Positions 39,631 to 52,600 of a stretch of 64,000 nucleotides of DNA are shown here, piece after piece. The stretch comes from Marsupella aquatica. Lineage: Eukaryota; Plantae; Marchantiophyta. Every line of letters begins with the position of its first letter. Positions within the stretch are counted from its first letter, which is position 1. Below the pieces are notes generated by a model. The model had not been told where the DNA came from. It worked only from the letters and a program-made list of their open reading frames with translations, and did no database searches. The stretch spans positions 4,136,018 to 4,200,017 of the forward strand of contig OZ316891.1 in NCBI GenBank assembly GCA_973895155.1, read 5' to 3'. The position numbers and the translations under genes are program-made.

Positions 39631-41748
39631 CTACGACACAATAAGGCGGAGGAGTTTCCCTGAATATTTAAACGACAACTCGGTCTGTTCTAAACAATGA
39701 TCCTTCTCTTCTCTCGTCCATTCCTGCCAGGCAAAAGGTATATCAGGAAACAATAACTAATTCCCAAACCCCACTTCATTCAATCTACATCTGGTTGAAC
39801 TGATAAAGATTTATAAGTAATATGCAGATTGGAATCAAGAAGATCACGAAGCCAAATGAATGCATTTTTCTTGTCTGCCAAAATCTCAGGGCCTAGAATG
39901 TTGCTGACAGACGGTCCACAGGCCAAGCAGGAGACTGGACATGAGAGTGCCAAGTATACCTCTGCTACTTTGTTCAATTTCTCCTTCACATTAGCTAACA
40001 GCGTTTGAAGGTCTCCCTCCCACTTGTAGAACTCCAAAACCTTACCATCTATTACTGTATCGGCAACCTGCATTCCAATTGCCAACATTGAGATCGGGTA
40101 CAAAACTTGAAACAAAATTGACAATGAAGCCCAGATTAGGGTCGGAGGCGCTTGCGGGATAATGAGGTATGGTTTTCAAGCAAAATTACCTTTTGTCCAA
40201 TGAATTTTCCTCCAGCAGAGTGTGCAAAGTAAACGTTGTAAAAATGGCAGATGAACGCTGGAGGATCATTTTCTGACAGATTTTTCAACAGCTCAGCATA
40301 TGAGTTTCCTTCATCCCCAACTGGTGGGATCTCATGACCTTCACTCGCGAACCACTCCAAATCCTTGGCCAGACGGGCAGATCGTTCGAGTCCAGTATCC
40401 TGAAATTCTGCATCTGTTACAATTTTGAAGCAACCCAATAAATTTTACTGTGGGTTCTGCCGGGAGCTGAAGACAGCCATATGAAGGCAAAGCAATGTCT
40501 GGCCCTCAAATGACCTGGACTATCTTTGACACATTTTACAACAAGAATTTGTCCCAATTTGCAAGTTTCTTCGTGGACTCTCAATTAAAGTTTTTAGAGT
40601 CATACTTCGAAGGCCAAAACTGATTACCAACAACAAGTGTATTTTCGCTCTCCAAGATGAAGCGCTAGTGCAACGTTTTCTCTACTCCGGTCATATGCCG
40701 CTTTGTACCCTTTACTCACTGAAAACCTTCAACACCCCTCGATTCTGCGACTCTAGCTCCACCGAGCCATTCATTTGAGAGGAATGAATGGAATTTATAT
40801 TCACCGAGTAATTAATTCGAAGAACGTGAATCGACTCCACATCCACCGAGCTATTCATTCGGAAGGATGAATGGAGGCTATTCCTACCGAGGCAAATTTT
40901 TCGGAACGAACGAATGGAAACATACAATTCGGAGTCCAGAGAGAACCAATCGGACCGAAATCATCCGCTGATTTAAACGAGATTGAACTCTTCGCGCAAC
41001 GCGATAGCGAGTCTATATCCTCTCCGTCAATAGCAACCGGAGTATCATTCCAGTCTATCCTCTCTTTGCGCTTTCAGTCTTCACAAAATCGTTCGCTCTG
41101 TCACATTCCCCCATTACCGTGCGGTCAAACACTCTGATCGTCAATCGATTGCTTCGTTGATCGTGAACATGGCATGAACGGAATCATATCTCGGAAAGGA
41201 AAATTGAACCTGAACTTACAGGAAGGGTGAGCAGCCGTTGCAACAATCTCCTCCAAAGTGTCATAGACCTTCTTACTGTTGACCAAAAACTTCAGGTACC
41301 CTTCAACAGTGGGTTGCCACTTAGCCACCGGCTGCACATCCTTGTCCTCCTTCTCACCTTCTTTGGATTGGTCCTTGGTGTGCAATTTCATGGCCACGAA
41401 GCGCATTTCCTCAACGAACCCCTTCGCTTCGCCAGGGTACCGCTTCTTCTTACTAGAAGGCATCACTGGCGTGGCAGAATCTGGTCCCGCCCGGACAGCC
41501 ACACCCACCGAAGAGTCTCCAAGCCCAGCTCTAGAGTTCTCATGGATTCCGAAATCGGCCCAGCCATGGCTTTGCTGCACCCGTAGAGCCCCCACAGATG
41601 AAGTTTTTTCCCCCGAATTTCTTCGCAGAGCGGTGGGTTTGGAGGAGGCCTCCACTCGCTTGGATGCCCTAAAATTGCCAAGCCCACTAAATCCCAAGCC
41701 CAGTCCCACCGCTGTCTGCTGCACAAGGTCCCGTAAGGAGAACGCCAT
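39631..41748 (-). CDS. HO1: Plastid heme oxygenase 1 (HY1-like); exons 41748-41220, 40413-40190, 40067-39960, 39723-39631
   Basis: KGFVEEMRFVAMKLHTKDQ, WQPTVEGYLKFLV, TGLERS..LAKDLEWF, AFICHFYNVYFAHSAGG, LEFYKWEG, WTREEKDHCLEQTELSFKYSG. All introns are GT-AG and the joins are in frame. Confidence 0.95.
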
Positions 41749-43907
41749 TGGCTGGCTAGCTGGCTGGTAACCTCTCTAGGGAATTGCTTCAATCAAAATC
41801 TGCCAGTAAATTGCCTGAAATCAGATTCCGGTACTGAGCCTACCGGATGGTGCAGAGAGGGGCTAAAAATTGCTCGCGACAGGATTGCCAAGAGACAAAC
41901 AGGGGAAATTAAGCACTGGACTAGACACTGCTGCTGCAAAATCAGTCAGATCAATCCCATCCAATTTCTCCACAAGGCCAACAGATTCACCGGAGAGGGG
42001 GACAGCTTCCGAATTTAAAAGAGGCGACCACAGAGATGGTGGTTCTAGAGAGCTGCAGGCAACCTACATGCGCAACAGGACAGTCTTTGAAAGGAGACGA
42101 GAGCTCACAAAATTCTATAGATAAATCAAAAGCCCGTGCTGCCTCGTCTTGCAGTCTCGCTCGCTTCCTGCAGACACAGCAGTAAGTTGCCGTAATCACC
42201 TACCAACTCGACGAGCAAGGAAGCAGGCAAAATACCAGCACCGCAAGTTTTGAGGCCCCTTTGCTTCCACAAGCTCTCAATCAATGCACTAGGGAAGCTT
42301 CTCAGGCTTCTGCTACAGTAGTCTAGTACAAGTGCAGTGGAGCCTAAAACAGACGGAGTGATTCGTTGCCAAGTTGCCTTGAAGAGAAGGAATCTCAGCA
42401 GTGGCTCCGCCTTCCAAAGCCCGAAAATGAACGAATCAATGAATTCATTTCCCACACACTACGGTCCCGTGTCGTGGTGGGCAATCACGTCTCCCCCAAC
42501 CACATATTCCTACTAACGACAAGCTATAATCCCCAACAATCCCAAACAGCAGAACCTAGAACCCACAGTCCCACACTATCCGAACTGCACCGTCACTAGG
42601 GTTTTCGGGCTCCGCTAAAACCGCTGACTGCGGAACTCCTCCGAACATCCGGCTATGGCGGCAAAGCACCATAAGGCATAAGCATTCTCCTACAGGTATC
42701 GTGGAAGTTTCACTGCGTTTTGATTCAACATGGATGCGTCTGAACTACACATCCTGGACTGCCCCATGAGCTCTTCTCACCGCCCATCTCCAATCCACAA
42801 ATCAATCTCCAGAGAGATATGAGTACTGCGGAATTGTAATTGTTAGCGTGGGTCCAAACTGGGCAAAGTACAGTAGGGCCGCAATGACCAAAACAGGGTA
42901 ACCCTGGTTAAAGAAGGCAAGGACTGCGTTGTCCCGAAAATCTCGGGGACTGCAAACGATATGATTCTGGGTTTGGATTTCTGAGAATAGTTTGGCCCTA
43001 TCTGTGGTCCAAGCACTACTGCACTCGCTCACTCACTGACCAACCAGCCTTCCCTGCTTGGAACACGCCTAGCTCCTCGTCGGCCTTCCATCGCTTTGAG
43101 CCAGAGAGAACGTTGGTGTGAGGTGTTTGGCCACTGTTGCTCACCCTGACCCTGGTGTAGTTCTTCTCAGAATTTTGCCCTGAGTCATTTCTGGATCGAA
43201 TGAATTGTCGGCGTATGGAATTGAAGCTAGATTGAGCGCTTTGCGGTAAGTGTAGGAGAAGGAATTTCGAATTTAGAGCTTCTAGAATTGGAGTTGATGT
43301 AACCCATTGGAGTCCCCAATTCTTTCGCTCTTGAGTGAACGATGGAAGTGTCTACTCACTTAGGACTACGAAACAATGCTTTCATGCTGAGAGTTCTGAC
43401 GTTCAGATAAAGAAGGTGGATGCACTTACTCGAAAATGTGTATTCGAAGAGAGTGAGAATAGTTAAACTGAGAGCATTTTCTGTCACGGTATAAATAGCA
43501 GCATCTCTGATTGTGTGTCGAGGTTACAGCTCGGAAGTGACTTTGACATTGACTTTTCTCAAGTTTTATGTCCTGATCTACCGCTGCTGACAAGTTATAT
43601 AATTCTAGCTGTGCTTACTATTATCCCTCTAGAACAATGGAACTGTTCTGTTGATGATGGCACCATCGTATCACACTTCACAGTCGGTACAATTAGGTTC
43701 GCATGTGTGCAAGAAGAGCTTTCTCGAAACAAGATCTAAAGCAAATGAGGTGGGGAACAACGAGCAGCAGTCAATTCTGAGAATGAGGAAGATTCTGATA
43801 ATGAACGTTGGTTCGCGTCCTTCTTATCGATCATCGATCATTTCGGTTACCATACATTGAATTTTAAGTTACCATCGCAGGTCATTACCTCCTACGCATG
43901 ATGTTTC

Positions 43908-44540
43908 CGGCCTTAGAAGGCGGAGCCACTGTGGCGATCTCTTCTCTTGTTCTAGGCTCTACTGTACTGAACTACTGTATCTGAAGGCTGAGGAGCTCGC
44001 GTCGTGCTTTGATTGAGACCTTGTGGAAGCAAAGGGGCCTCAAAACTTGCCGTGTTGTCATGTTGCCTGCTTGCTTGGGTCGTCGAGTTCTCGGTCATTA
44101 TGAATCCCATATATTCGTCTCAAATGAATGCCTCGGTAGATCACGCAACTCACTGTTGTGTCCGCAGGAAGCGAGCGAGACTCTCAAGAGAATAGACAGG
44201 TGGGGCCTTTAATTTGTTCAAAGAATTTTGCGAGGTCTCATCTCCTTTCACTGGCTTTCCAGTTGCTCGCATTCAGTTTGCCTCTCTAGAGCCACCCTCT
44301 CTTTTGGATAGCCTGTTTTAATCCTTGTCTCGGAAACTGTCCTCCTCTCCGGTGAATTTGTTGGCTGTGTGGAGAAATTTTCATGGGTTTGATTGACTGA
44401 TTTCGCACCAGCAGTTTCTAGTCCAGTGCTTAATTTACCCTGTCTATCTGTCGGGGGAGTCCTGTCGAGTAATTCTTATAACTCTGCATCATCACGTAGC
44501 CTCTTTGCTGGAATCTGGTTGTTGGCAATCTGAGTGCTGG
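43908..44540 (+). repeat. Third, CDS-less copy of the HO1/Der shared 5' leader
   Basis: Aligns with the reverse complement of ~41800-42420 (GAAGGCGGAGCCACTG..TTGTGGAAGCAAAGGGGCCTCAAAACTTGC..GCAGGAAGCGAGCGAGACT) and with 49300-49585. Similarity stops shortly before the position of the ATG. Confidence 0.85.
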
Positions 44541-44865
44541 AACCCTCTGGTGTTTTGGTCACGAGAGCACGCTGCAAAGAATCATGTCCTCGACAATAAT
44601 TGTGAAATAAAATGTTAGTTTTTCGGTCGAATGCGTGAGAAGCAGGCGATACGATATCCTTTGAAGTTTTCCTTTAAAACCCTTTGGATCACGTGATGCG
44701 TGGAGGAGCGAGGACAAGAGGCACGCCATTGTCTCGATGAATAGTGTACCAAAAGATTAGGTTTTTGTGTGGTCGTCGGAGTTCCTATATCTTCTGGGAG
44801 ACACAATTTCATTACCATCAATTCAATCACCATTGTTCATGATCTGATAAGGGCGGGCTTCGACG

Positions 44866-44935
44866 TGTTCTGTTCTGTTCTGTTCTGTTCTGTTCTGTTC
44901 TGTTCTGTTCTGTTCTGTTCTGTTCTGTTCTGTTC
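44866..44935. repeat. (TGTTC)14 microsatellite
   Basis: Perfect pentanucleotide run ~145 bp upstream of the ATG at 45080. Confidence 0.95.
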
Positions 44936-45079
44936 TCTCCCTGATTGATTTATTGATCTTGGCCCTCCTTATTTCAGGTGACGAACGAGTTACGGAGAAC
45001 AAGAGTGCCGTGAGTCTGTGTTTCTCTGTGCGCTCGCTCGCAAGCAAGCAAGCAAATTGTGCTTGATTGGCAGGAGAAG

Positions 45080-46453
45080 ATGGCGGGCCAGCAGATTGCC
45101 AAGCGAATTCCCCGGATCAAGTTTCCCGACCGCCGTGCAGCTGCTGCTGCCGGCTCTGGTGCTCCACCTCCGCCAGGTACCACTCTCTCCCTCTCTCTCT
45201 CTCTCTCAGCACTACCGTAGAGGCAGAGTATTCACTTTCCTGTCATGCTTTGTCGATGCTTTCATCGTCCGAAGGCTTCAACGTAGCCGCATTCCTGCTC
45301 TTCTCCCCTTCCATTGAGGGACTTCGTGTTGGTAGGCGAGGCAAGGCCGCCCGCTGATACGGAGAACTTCCCTTTTTACGCTCTCATGTTGGTTTGTGAG
45401 TGCGTTCGTCGACCTCTTTTCTTGACAGCAGGTAGACTTGTGCGGTTCTCATTGAATGTATTTTTGAATGGGGTCTCAATTTCGACTTCACCGCGAAGAT
45501 TGCGTTTTCTATGACTTGGCTCGTGATCTATCACGTTCTTTACACAAGTAGCGTCAATCCAAGCTACAATTTCACCTTGCCATCTAAAGAAGTATGGCTT
45601 GAATAATGGTTAATTCGTCAGTTCCGTCTCTGCAGTCTAGCGATTCTTCATTCATTGGATTTACTTGCACTAGGGTAGCATTTGCGATAGAGTTGATGTG
45701 GTTGGTATCCAATTCTGTCAATGTTAGCTTCAGTGATAGGCTACTCTTCAGGAATTTTGAATATGCCTTGAAAATCTCTTAGGGAGAATTCAAAACGGAA
45801 GAGAAGGTTTCTTCATAAATAGAGCTCCTCGTTTGCTCCTTCTCTGTTGTAAAATTGTACATAATAACATCCACAAGCTCGGATGTTGCGTCCATATGAA
45901 ATAGTTTGCGGTAGATGCTTTCATGTATAAGTGATAGGTAAATGGAAGACTCGAGTTACAGTGCTGGTGAATGAATTTGTTCTCTGATGTGCCAATAAGA
46001 GCAATGTCAGTGATTTGTAATTTGGTTTCGTATAAATGCACCTGTTATCAAAATTGTAGTTCAGAGTTGTCCTAATTGGAGCTCACGTGTAGAGCTGCTG
46101 ATTGTGCATTGATTTGTTCTCAGCAAGTCAAAGCGTTCCCAAAACTTCAACAGCCCCACCAGCAAGTTCAGCAAGTTCGGGAAGTGTTGGGGCTGCTTCA
46201 ATTCAGCCAAGGCGACCCAAAGTCTCGAAAGAAGAGATTGATGCCGTGCTGGTACTGTAGTCTGCCCCCAATAATAACATGACCTTTTAACGTAAGAGTT
46301 TAGTTTCATATCTGGTTAGGTTCTCCGTATCAAGCTCACAACCAAGAGTCTGACTGGTCTAGGAGTATCGAAGAAGGTGACTTGAGCGACGTGATATGAG
46401 TATTAAACTTCGAGTTTTATTTTTGTTTGCAGCTTGGTGGTGTTGTGTATTGA
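45080..46453 (+). CDS. Small mitochondrial KGD4/MRPS36-like protein (2-oxoglutarate dehydrogenase adaptor family), 81 aa; exons 45080-45176, 46124-46251, 46433-46453
   Basis: Spliced product MAGQQIAKRIPRIKFPDRR-(A/S/P-rich linker)-SIQPRRPKVSKEEIDAVLLGGVVY*. The N-terminal P.IKF and C-terminal S.EEI..V.LGG motifs are typical of the family. GT-AG introns with consistent phases. Confidence 0.8.
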
Positions 46454-49400
46454 TGTTGGATACCCATCATTTCCTCCGGCAGGGAGCTTAGCTTGTATTT
46501 TGCTAAGTATGCAGATGAGCAAGCAATAAAGTTGTTTTCAGGTGTGCCCATGTTAACCCTTCACTCCCTTTTCAGAGCAAGCACTTAGTATTCCACAGTC
46601 TGCCACAGAAGATTTGATTCACTCTGGGTTTTACGTCCTCTCTAGGCCGAATACCCACATGTTTCACTGCAGCAGTAAACCACATGGTTCACCGAAAATA
46701 GTTATTTCGTGTCGTGGATTAAGGGACCACCATCCCAATGTAATGAGTCACTCATTTCATTACCTGTCTGTCAATGAGCTCTGTATGAATTTGTGATTCT
46801 CTATGCATCATGCCAGTCAGGAGATGGCTCGAGGATGGACGTTGGAAATGCTGGACAGCAAGTTCAGAGCTATATATAGCCGCTTTATGGGGATGATGGT
46901 TTTTGAATTTATCACATCTTGTGTAGTGCACTGTCAAGCATCGTTTAGTGAAATCTGAATGACCTGTGGTTAGAAAGAGATCCCAGGGATTTAGTCACTA
47001 TGGTTGTGGCGATGTCAGACAACCAAATATCATGAAGTCAGTGTCGTTTAGGAGTATAACATGTTCCGAGTTATTCCCGATGTTCTTTGCACACATTCCT
47101 TTTTGTACTACTTTGTCGCAGTTAAAGCGGATTCCAGACAATAACATAGAAAACTCTCCATTTGCACGATCACAATCAACTAATCTATAGATGCTCTGCC
47201 TTGAGTTTTAAAAGACCGCTGACGTCTTGATCACAACAAAAGCGCGTCAGACTAGTTTTGAATACTCTCCATTTGCACTATTTTCCGTAAGGCACACAAA
47301 TCATAAATGCTTTCAAGTTGATCTGCAAGGAGTGATGATTTTATCAGCAACATGAATGAATTTCAGAAGATCCAGCTCGTGGAACTTGCCATGGCTTGCT
47401 ACGGCACATCGGTGTACAGCTTCAACACCATCCAGTTTCTTCAAATGTACATTCCACCAATCGAAGAAAATACTTGATGAGAGAGAATAATGGCAGATGC
47501 GACGACACGTGAAAAACTATCAGACAAGCTGGAAAGCCTTTGAGAGTTCTTGAAATCTACATTCCACCAATCAAAGTAAAAAAAAATTAAGATCGGTGGC
47601 AGAACGAATGATGGCAGATGTGAACAAACCTGGAAAATCGAGAGCGCAAATCTATACTGTCAGTGATATGACCGAAGATCTCTGAATTTGAATGAAATTT
47701 ATACCTTAATTAGGGAGACCCATACAATTCCGAGGGATAAACATGGAATCACAATTTTGCTAGATTCAGTAAAATTTGATAGGAATGATGACAGATTCTG
47801 AATTCATAAAAGTTGCCGGCACTTCTAGGACAACGCTATAGGGCAGGCCTGTCTTCACACTTTTGGACGATGTGGCCCAAATGTAACCTGTTAACTGTAT
47901 GCTAAATTACCCTTGCTAAGATCACTTCTTGTTCCTAAAATATATTGAGATCTGTATTGGGCTAAACCAGTTTCCAAATCAACACAGCCAGAGTTCAAAT
48001 AGTAAATTCAATGTGTCACACATTTAAATGGCATTATATGCTACATCTCAAACCCGTGCACTCAAGACATCTGTTGCCAAGCGCAAGTTTGCCATGTGCT
48101 GACCCGGCCATGATAGCTTAGACTTTTTTGACCACCATGGTCTTAACATACGTATTATATATATGGAAGCACCTAGCCCTCTTATAGAATACTAGTCATT
48201 TGGATGCCATTCTACTGCATTTGGTTCACAATCTTTGTAGGTACATCAATATAGTGTAAATTATTTTGGCCTTCAACTCGTTGTCCTTGCACAATGTTAA
48301 ATAAAACCAAACATGTATTATATTCCTTCCCAGCATCAAAGTATACATAAGGAAAGGATACACAAATCAATCCCACTACACTTTGGTTCAACATAACGGT
48401 GGCTGTGGCTGCATTAGGGGATCTCAAACCTGAAGTCCTGCAAAAAAAATCCTTGGCTCAAAAGCACGAGTTATGGACTTTGGTCACAAGTGGTAGGAAC
48501 AAGCTTGAGTGAGTCCTCCACTTTACTTCTCAGAGAACCTGCGTGACCGCCAAAACCCAGTGGTTTGAGCACCCAACTATGCCATGAAGACTAACCCATG
48601 AGTTCTACTCACTGCCCATTGCCAATCTATAAATCAATGAACTGTGGCATTCTCCACAACTGGCAGCGTCAGGGTCAAACTGGGTCATAGTATAGTAAAA
48701 TGGTGTAGTTGCAATCGGGACTACCAATGTGTAAGCCCCCCCTTCCCCCCCCCTTTGCGGCGGCAGCCTGGCCTGGGGGTCATGAGATTTTGTAACCTGC
48801 CTAGAGGGTTAACCAAGTTCAGGCACAATTTTCAGATCATAAGTAAACTTACACTCTGGGCTTATGCTGGTTATAATTCATGGCCACTAGGGTTTAGAGT
48901 TTAACCACCAAACAACCCCCACCCACCCCCCCCCCCCAATCCCCCGGGGCGGGCTCACTGCTCTTGGGGATCCCCTTGGGGCCATGGATTACCCTACACC
49001 ATAACCCTGGTGAATAGGGCAATTGTGGGTTAAGGATAGCCAATGGCAATAGGAACTCGGTCACAAGTCAATATTAACCTGTATACGAAATGGAGGATGG
49101 GGAGGGGTTCATCATTAATTCTATTTGAGAAGAAAAGCACCTTAGTAATGTAATATACGGTAATTGGAGGACAAATTAGTAAAAAGCTGTCTCTGGGATA
49201 CTTTTGGCCCTCTCTGTACAGTAGACTCAATCACTGACCAACCAGCCCTCCCGAGTGTGTCTGTCTTGTCTCTATGTCTCTCTTTGCTCTCCCATCGCAA
49301 TCTCCTTTCACTGGCTGTCCTGTGGGCTGTGGCTTCACCTCTCCCTAGAGCCACCTTCTCTCTGGAACCTGTTTTGAATCTTCTTTCGAAAAGCTGTCCA

Positions 49401-49652
49401 TGCTCTCTCTTGTGATTTGTTGGCCCTGTGAAGAAATTTTGGTGGGATTGATAGACTGATTTCGCACTAGCAATGTGTAGTGCAGCGCTTGATTTCCCAT
49501 GTCTGGGGAATCCTGTCGAGTGATTCTTATCGACTCTCGGCATCATCAGGTAGCCTCTTTGCTGGAATGTGAGTGTTGGCAATCCACTGGTGGATGTTGA
49601 TCGAAGCAATTCCTTAGTGAGGTGACCAGCCAGCCAGCCAGCCAGCCAGCCA

Positions 49653-52600
49653 ATGGCGCTCTCCTTAGGGGAGCTTGTGCAGCAGAAGGCGGTGGGACTG
49701 GGATTTAGTGGGCTTGGCAATTTTACCGCATTCCGGGGAGTGAGGGCCTCCTTGAAACCCTCTGCTCTGTGGAGCAATTCTCGGCAAAGAATTTCGTCTG
49801 TGGGGGCTTTACGGGTGCAGCAAAGCCATGGCTGGGCAGATTTTGGAATCCATGAGAACTCTAGAACTGGACTTGGGGGCTCTTCGGTGGGTGTGGCTGT
49901 CCGGGCAGGGAAAGGGACTGAGGAAGATGCTGACGATGATGATGATGAACCCCTATCGAAAGAGATGCTAGAGCAGGAGGCAGCTCGTGTTGCGCAACAG
50001 TACGCCCGATCTGTGGAGGAAGAGCTTCGCCAGGGTGAGCCTCATGACTTTTTATGTTCGTTTGTCGATCGTGCATTCTTTTATTGGAGATTGTACGCCG
50101 ATTCCTTGGAGTATCCTTACCTGATGAAGGTTTTAATATGTTTCTCGCTAAAATAAATGAATCATTCGCCAGAGGATGAGGCGGAAGCTTCGGGCGGAAA
50201 GAGGAAGAAGAGAGGACGGAAGGGAAGCTGGGACGAGGGAAGCGAACTGGACGTTCCAGATCATCTCCTTCCTAAAGTGGCCATTGTTGGGAGGCCAAAT
50301 GTAGGAAAATCAGCTTTGTTCAACCGTCTGGCCGGGGTGAGTTTCATATCGCATACCTGGGTGGACCTCGTAATCAAGTTTTTTGTCATGTGTGTGGTTT
50401 CGACAGTAAGCTTGCAATTTCCACTCTTTCACTGATCCTTAGTGGTACAGGGTGATGTTGCAATTGTACATGATGAACCAGGTGTGACTCGCGATCGTCT
50501 ATACACTCGAGCTTTTTGGGGTGTGCATGAGTTTCTGTTGGTCGATACTGGGGGCGTTTTGACAGTCCCTTCATCTTCGAATATGGGTTCAGATGCACTG
50601 GCTATCACCAGAGGTGGTGGCTCAGATGCAGTGACTCAAGCATTGAAAGAGGCAGCAGCTGCTGGCCTGCCGTCTTTGATTGAGAAACAAGCAGCTGCTG
50701 CTGTGGAGGATGCTTCTTCTGTCATCTTTGTGGTTGACGGCCAGGTAAATTGCTTGCCTGTTGATATCTCACTGCTTTGTAACGCTGTAATCGTGACACT
50801 GTATTTAGTCTGGCGCTCTTGAGCAGCGGATGCTTTTGTTGAGTGTCTTTTTCTGGTCTTCTTAGAGTTCTGAGTTTGCTGCATTCGGATCAGTTTTCTC
50901 TCCCTCTCCAGGCGTAAGAATTCTTTGGTTCGATTTTAGTCGAAACTAGAAGACGAAGGCTCATCATACCTGCTATTCATAGATTCAGAGCTTCTAACCG
51001 CGTTTGAATTTAACAGGCTGGTCCCAGTGCAGCAGATACTGATATTGCGAATTGGTTGAGGAGGAAACACTCTAACAAAAGGATAACGCTAGCAGTAAAC
51101 AAGTGTGAATCACCAACCAAAGGGCGAATCCAAGCAGCCGAGTTCTGGGGTTTGGGGTGAGCAGGCAGTCTGTTGCAATTGTTTTGTGTATACGTTCAGC
51201 TGCCTTCTTCAGTTTTTTTTAATTGAAAGCTTAGAAATTGATTGTTTTCTGAAATGTACTCAAGATCTAATGTATTTCCAGGATACTGGAAAATAAAAAC
51301 ACTTTTCTTCTTGCTGTAGACCCCATGCCCTACATAGCTTTGTTTATCTTCACCGATGTTTTTTCCAGAAGAAATATCACTCGTTCCTTTTTAGCAATTT
51401 CTATGAAAGGGTAATACGTGAAAGCAAAAGAAGTAATTGAAACAAGGAAAAAAGGCTAGGGGAAAGATTATGTTGAAATCTGATGGCAAAGATTTTTGCC
51501 GAGCAAAACAAGGCAGCTTTTGGATACATGTTGAACTTACTTTTCTTCCCAGTAATTTTAAAGTTTTCACTCAGGGTCTTCCGTGTACTAAAGACAATAT
51601 CCTACATGTATCTTGGGATCAGGTTTACTCCTATTGCCGTCTCTGCAATCTCTGGCACTGGAACTGGAGACTTGCTGGACAGTGTCTGCTTGGAGCTCCA
51701 AACACCGAAGGTATAAAGGAGGTGGCTGTTTGGTTTGACGAAAAGAAGTTTGGGTTATTGCTGTGTGTAGTCCTGAATTTTGAGTATCTTAGGATAGGTA
51801 TTCCAGTTATTTATGGGTTTTCTTGTAAGTGAAGGTGCCAGACGATTTCAAGGAGGAAGAACGGCCTCTGGGTATCGCCATTGTTGGTCGACCAAATGTT
51901 GGAAAAAGTAGCATATTAAATTCGTTGGTCGGTGAGGATAGGACCATTGTCAGTCCAATAAGTGGAACTACACGAGATGCTATCGATGCTGATTTTACTG
52001 GCCCCGATGGACAGGTTGGTGGTATCCCCTGCCTAGCAATACATTATTGTACAGAATCAAGATTTGTGAGGAACCTATGCAAGTCACAGGTCTATCTCAA
52101 AGCTACATTCAAGTCATACAACGAAATAGGTCATAGTACTAGGTGTTCAATCCGCAAGGTCCCAGGAAAGCAGAGAACATATATCTTAGTTTTCATTCAG
52201 GTCCTTGAAGTTTCAAATTTAGGGTTTGTCTCATGTACGAGGATCTCAGAGCAAGTAAATTATGGCATTTGCAGATGTACCGTCTTATAGACACAGCTGG
52301 AATTCGGCGGAGAACAGCTGTTGCATCTGCTGGTAGCAGATCAGAGTATCTTTCTATTAATAGGGCATTTAGGGCTATACGACGCTCTGATGTAGTGGCG
52401 CTTGTAATTGATGCCATGCAGTGTGTAACAGAGCAGGTAAATTGGATTTTCTCATTTTGTCATCTATGATACATATGTTTGGTATTGTTGTTGTCAATTG
52501 TCAGGGATAGAGTATATCGTTCAGACGGTCTGATGTCACCTAGAGTATGAATGGTATGGTCTCGATTCTCAATCTCGAACTTCGAGACTCAGAAGAGTGC

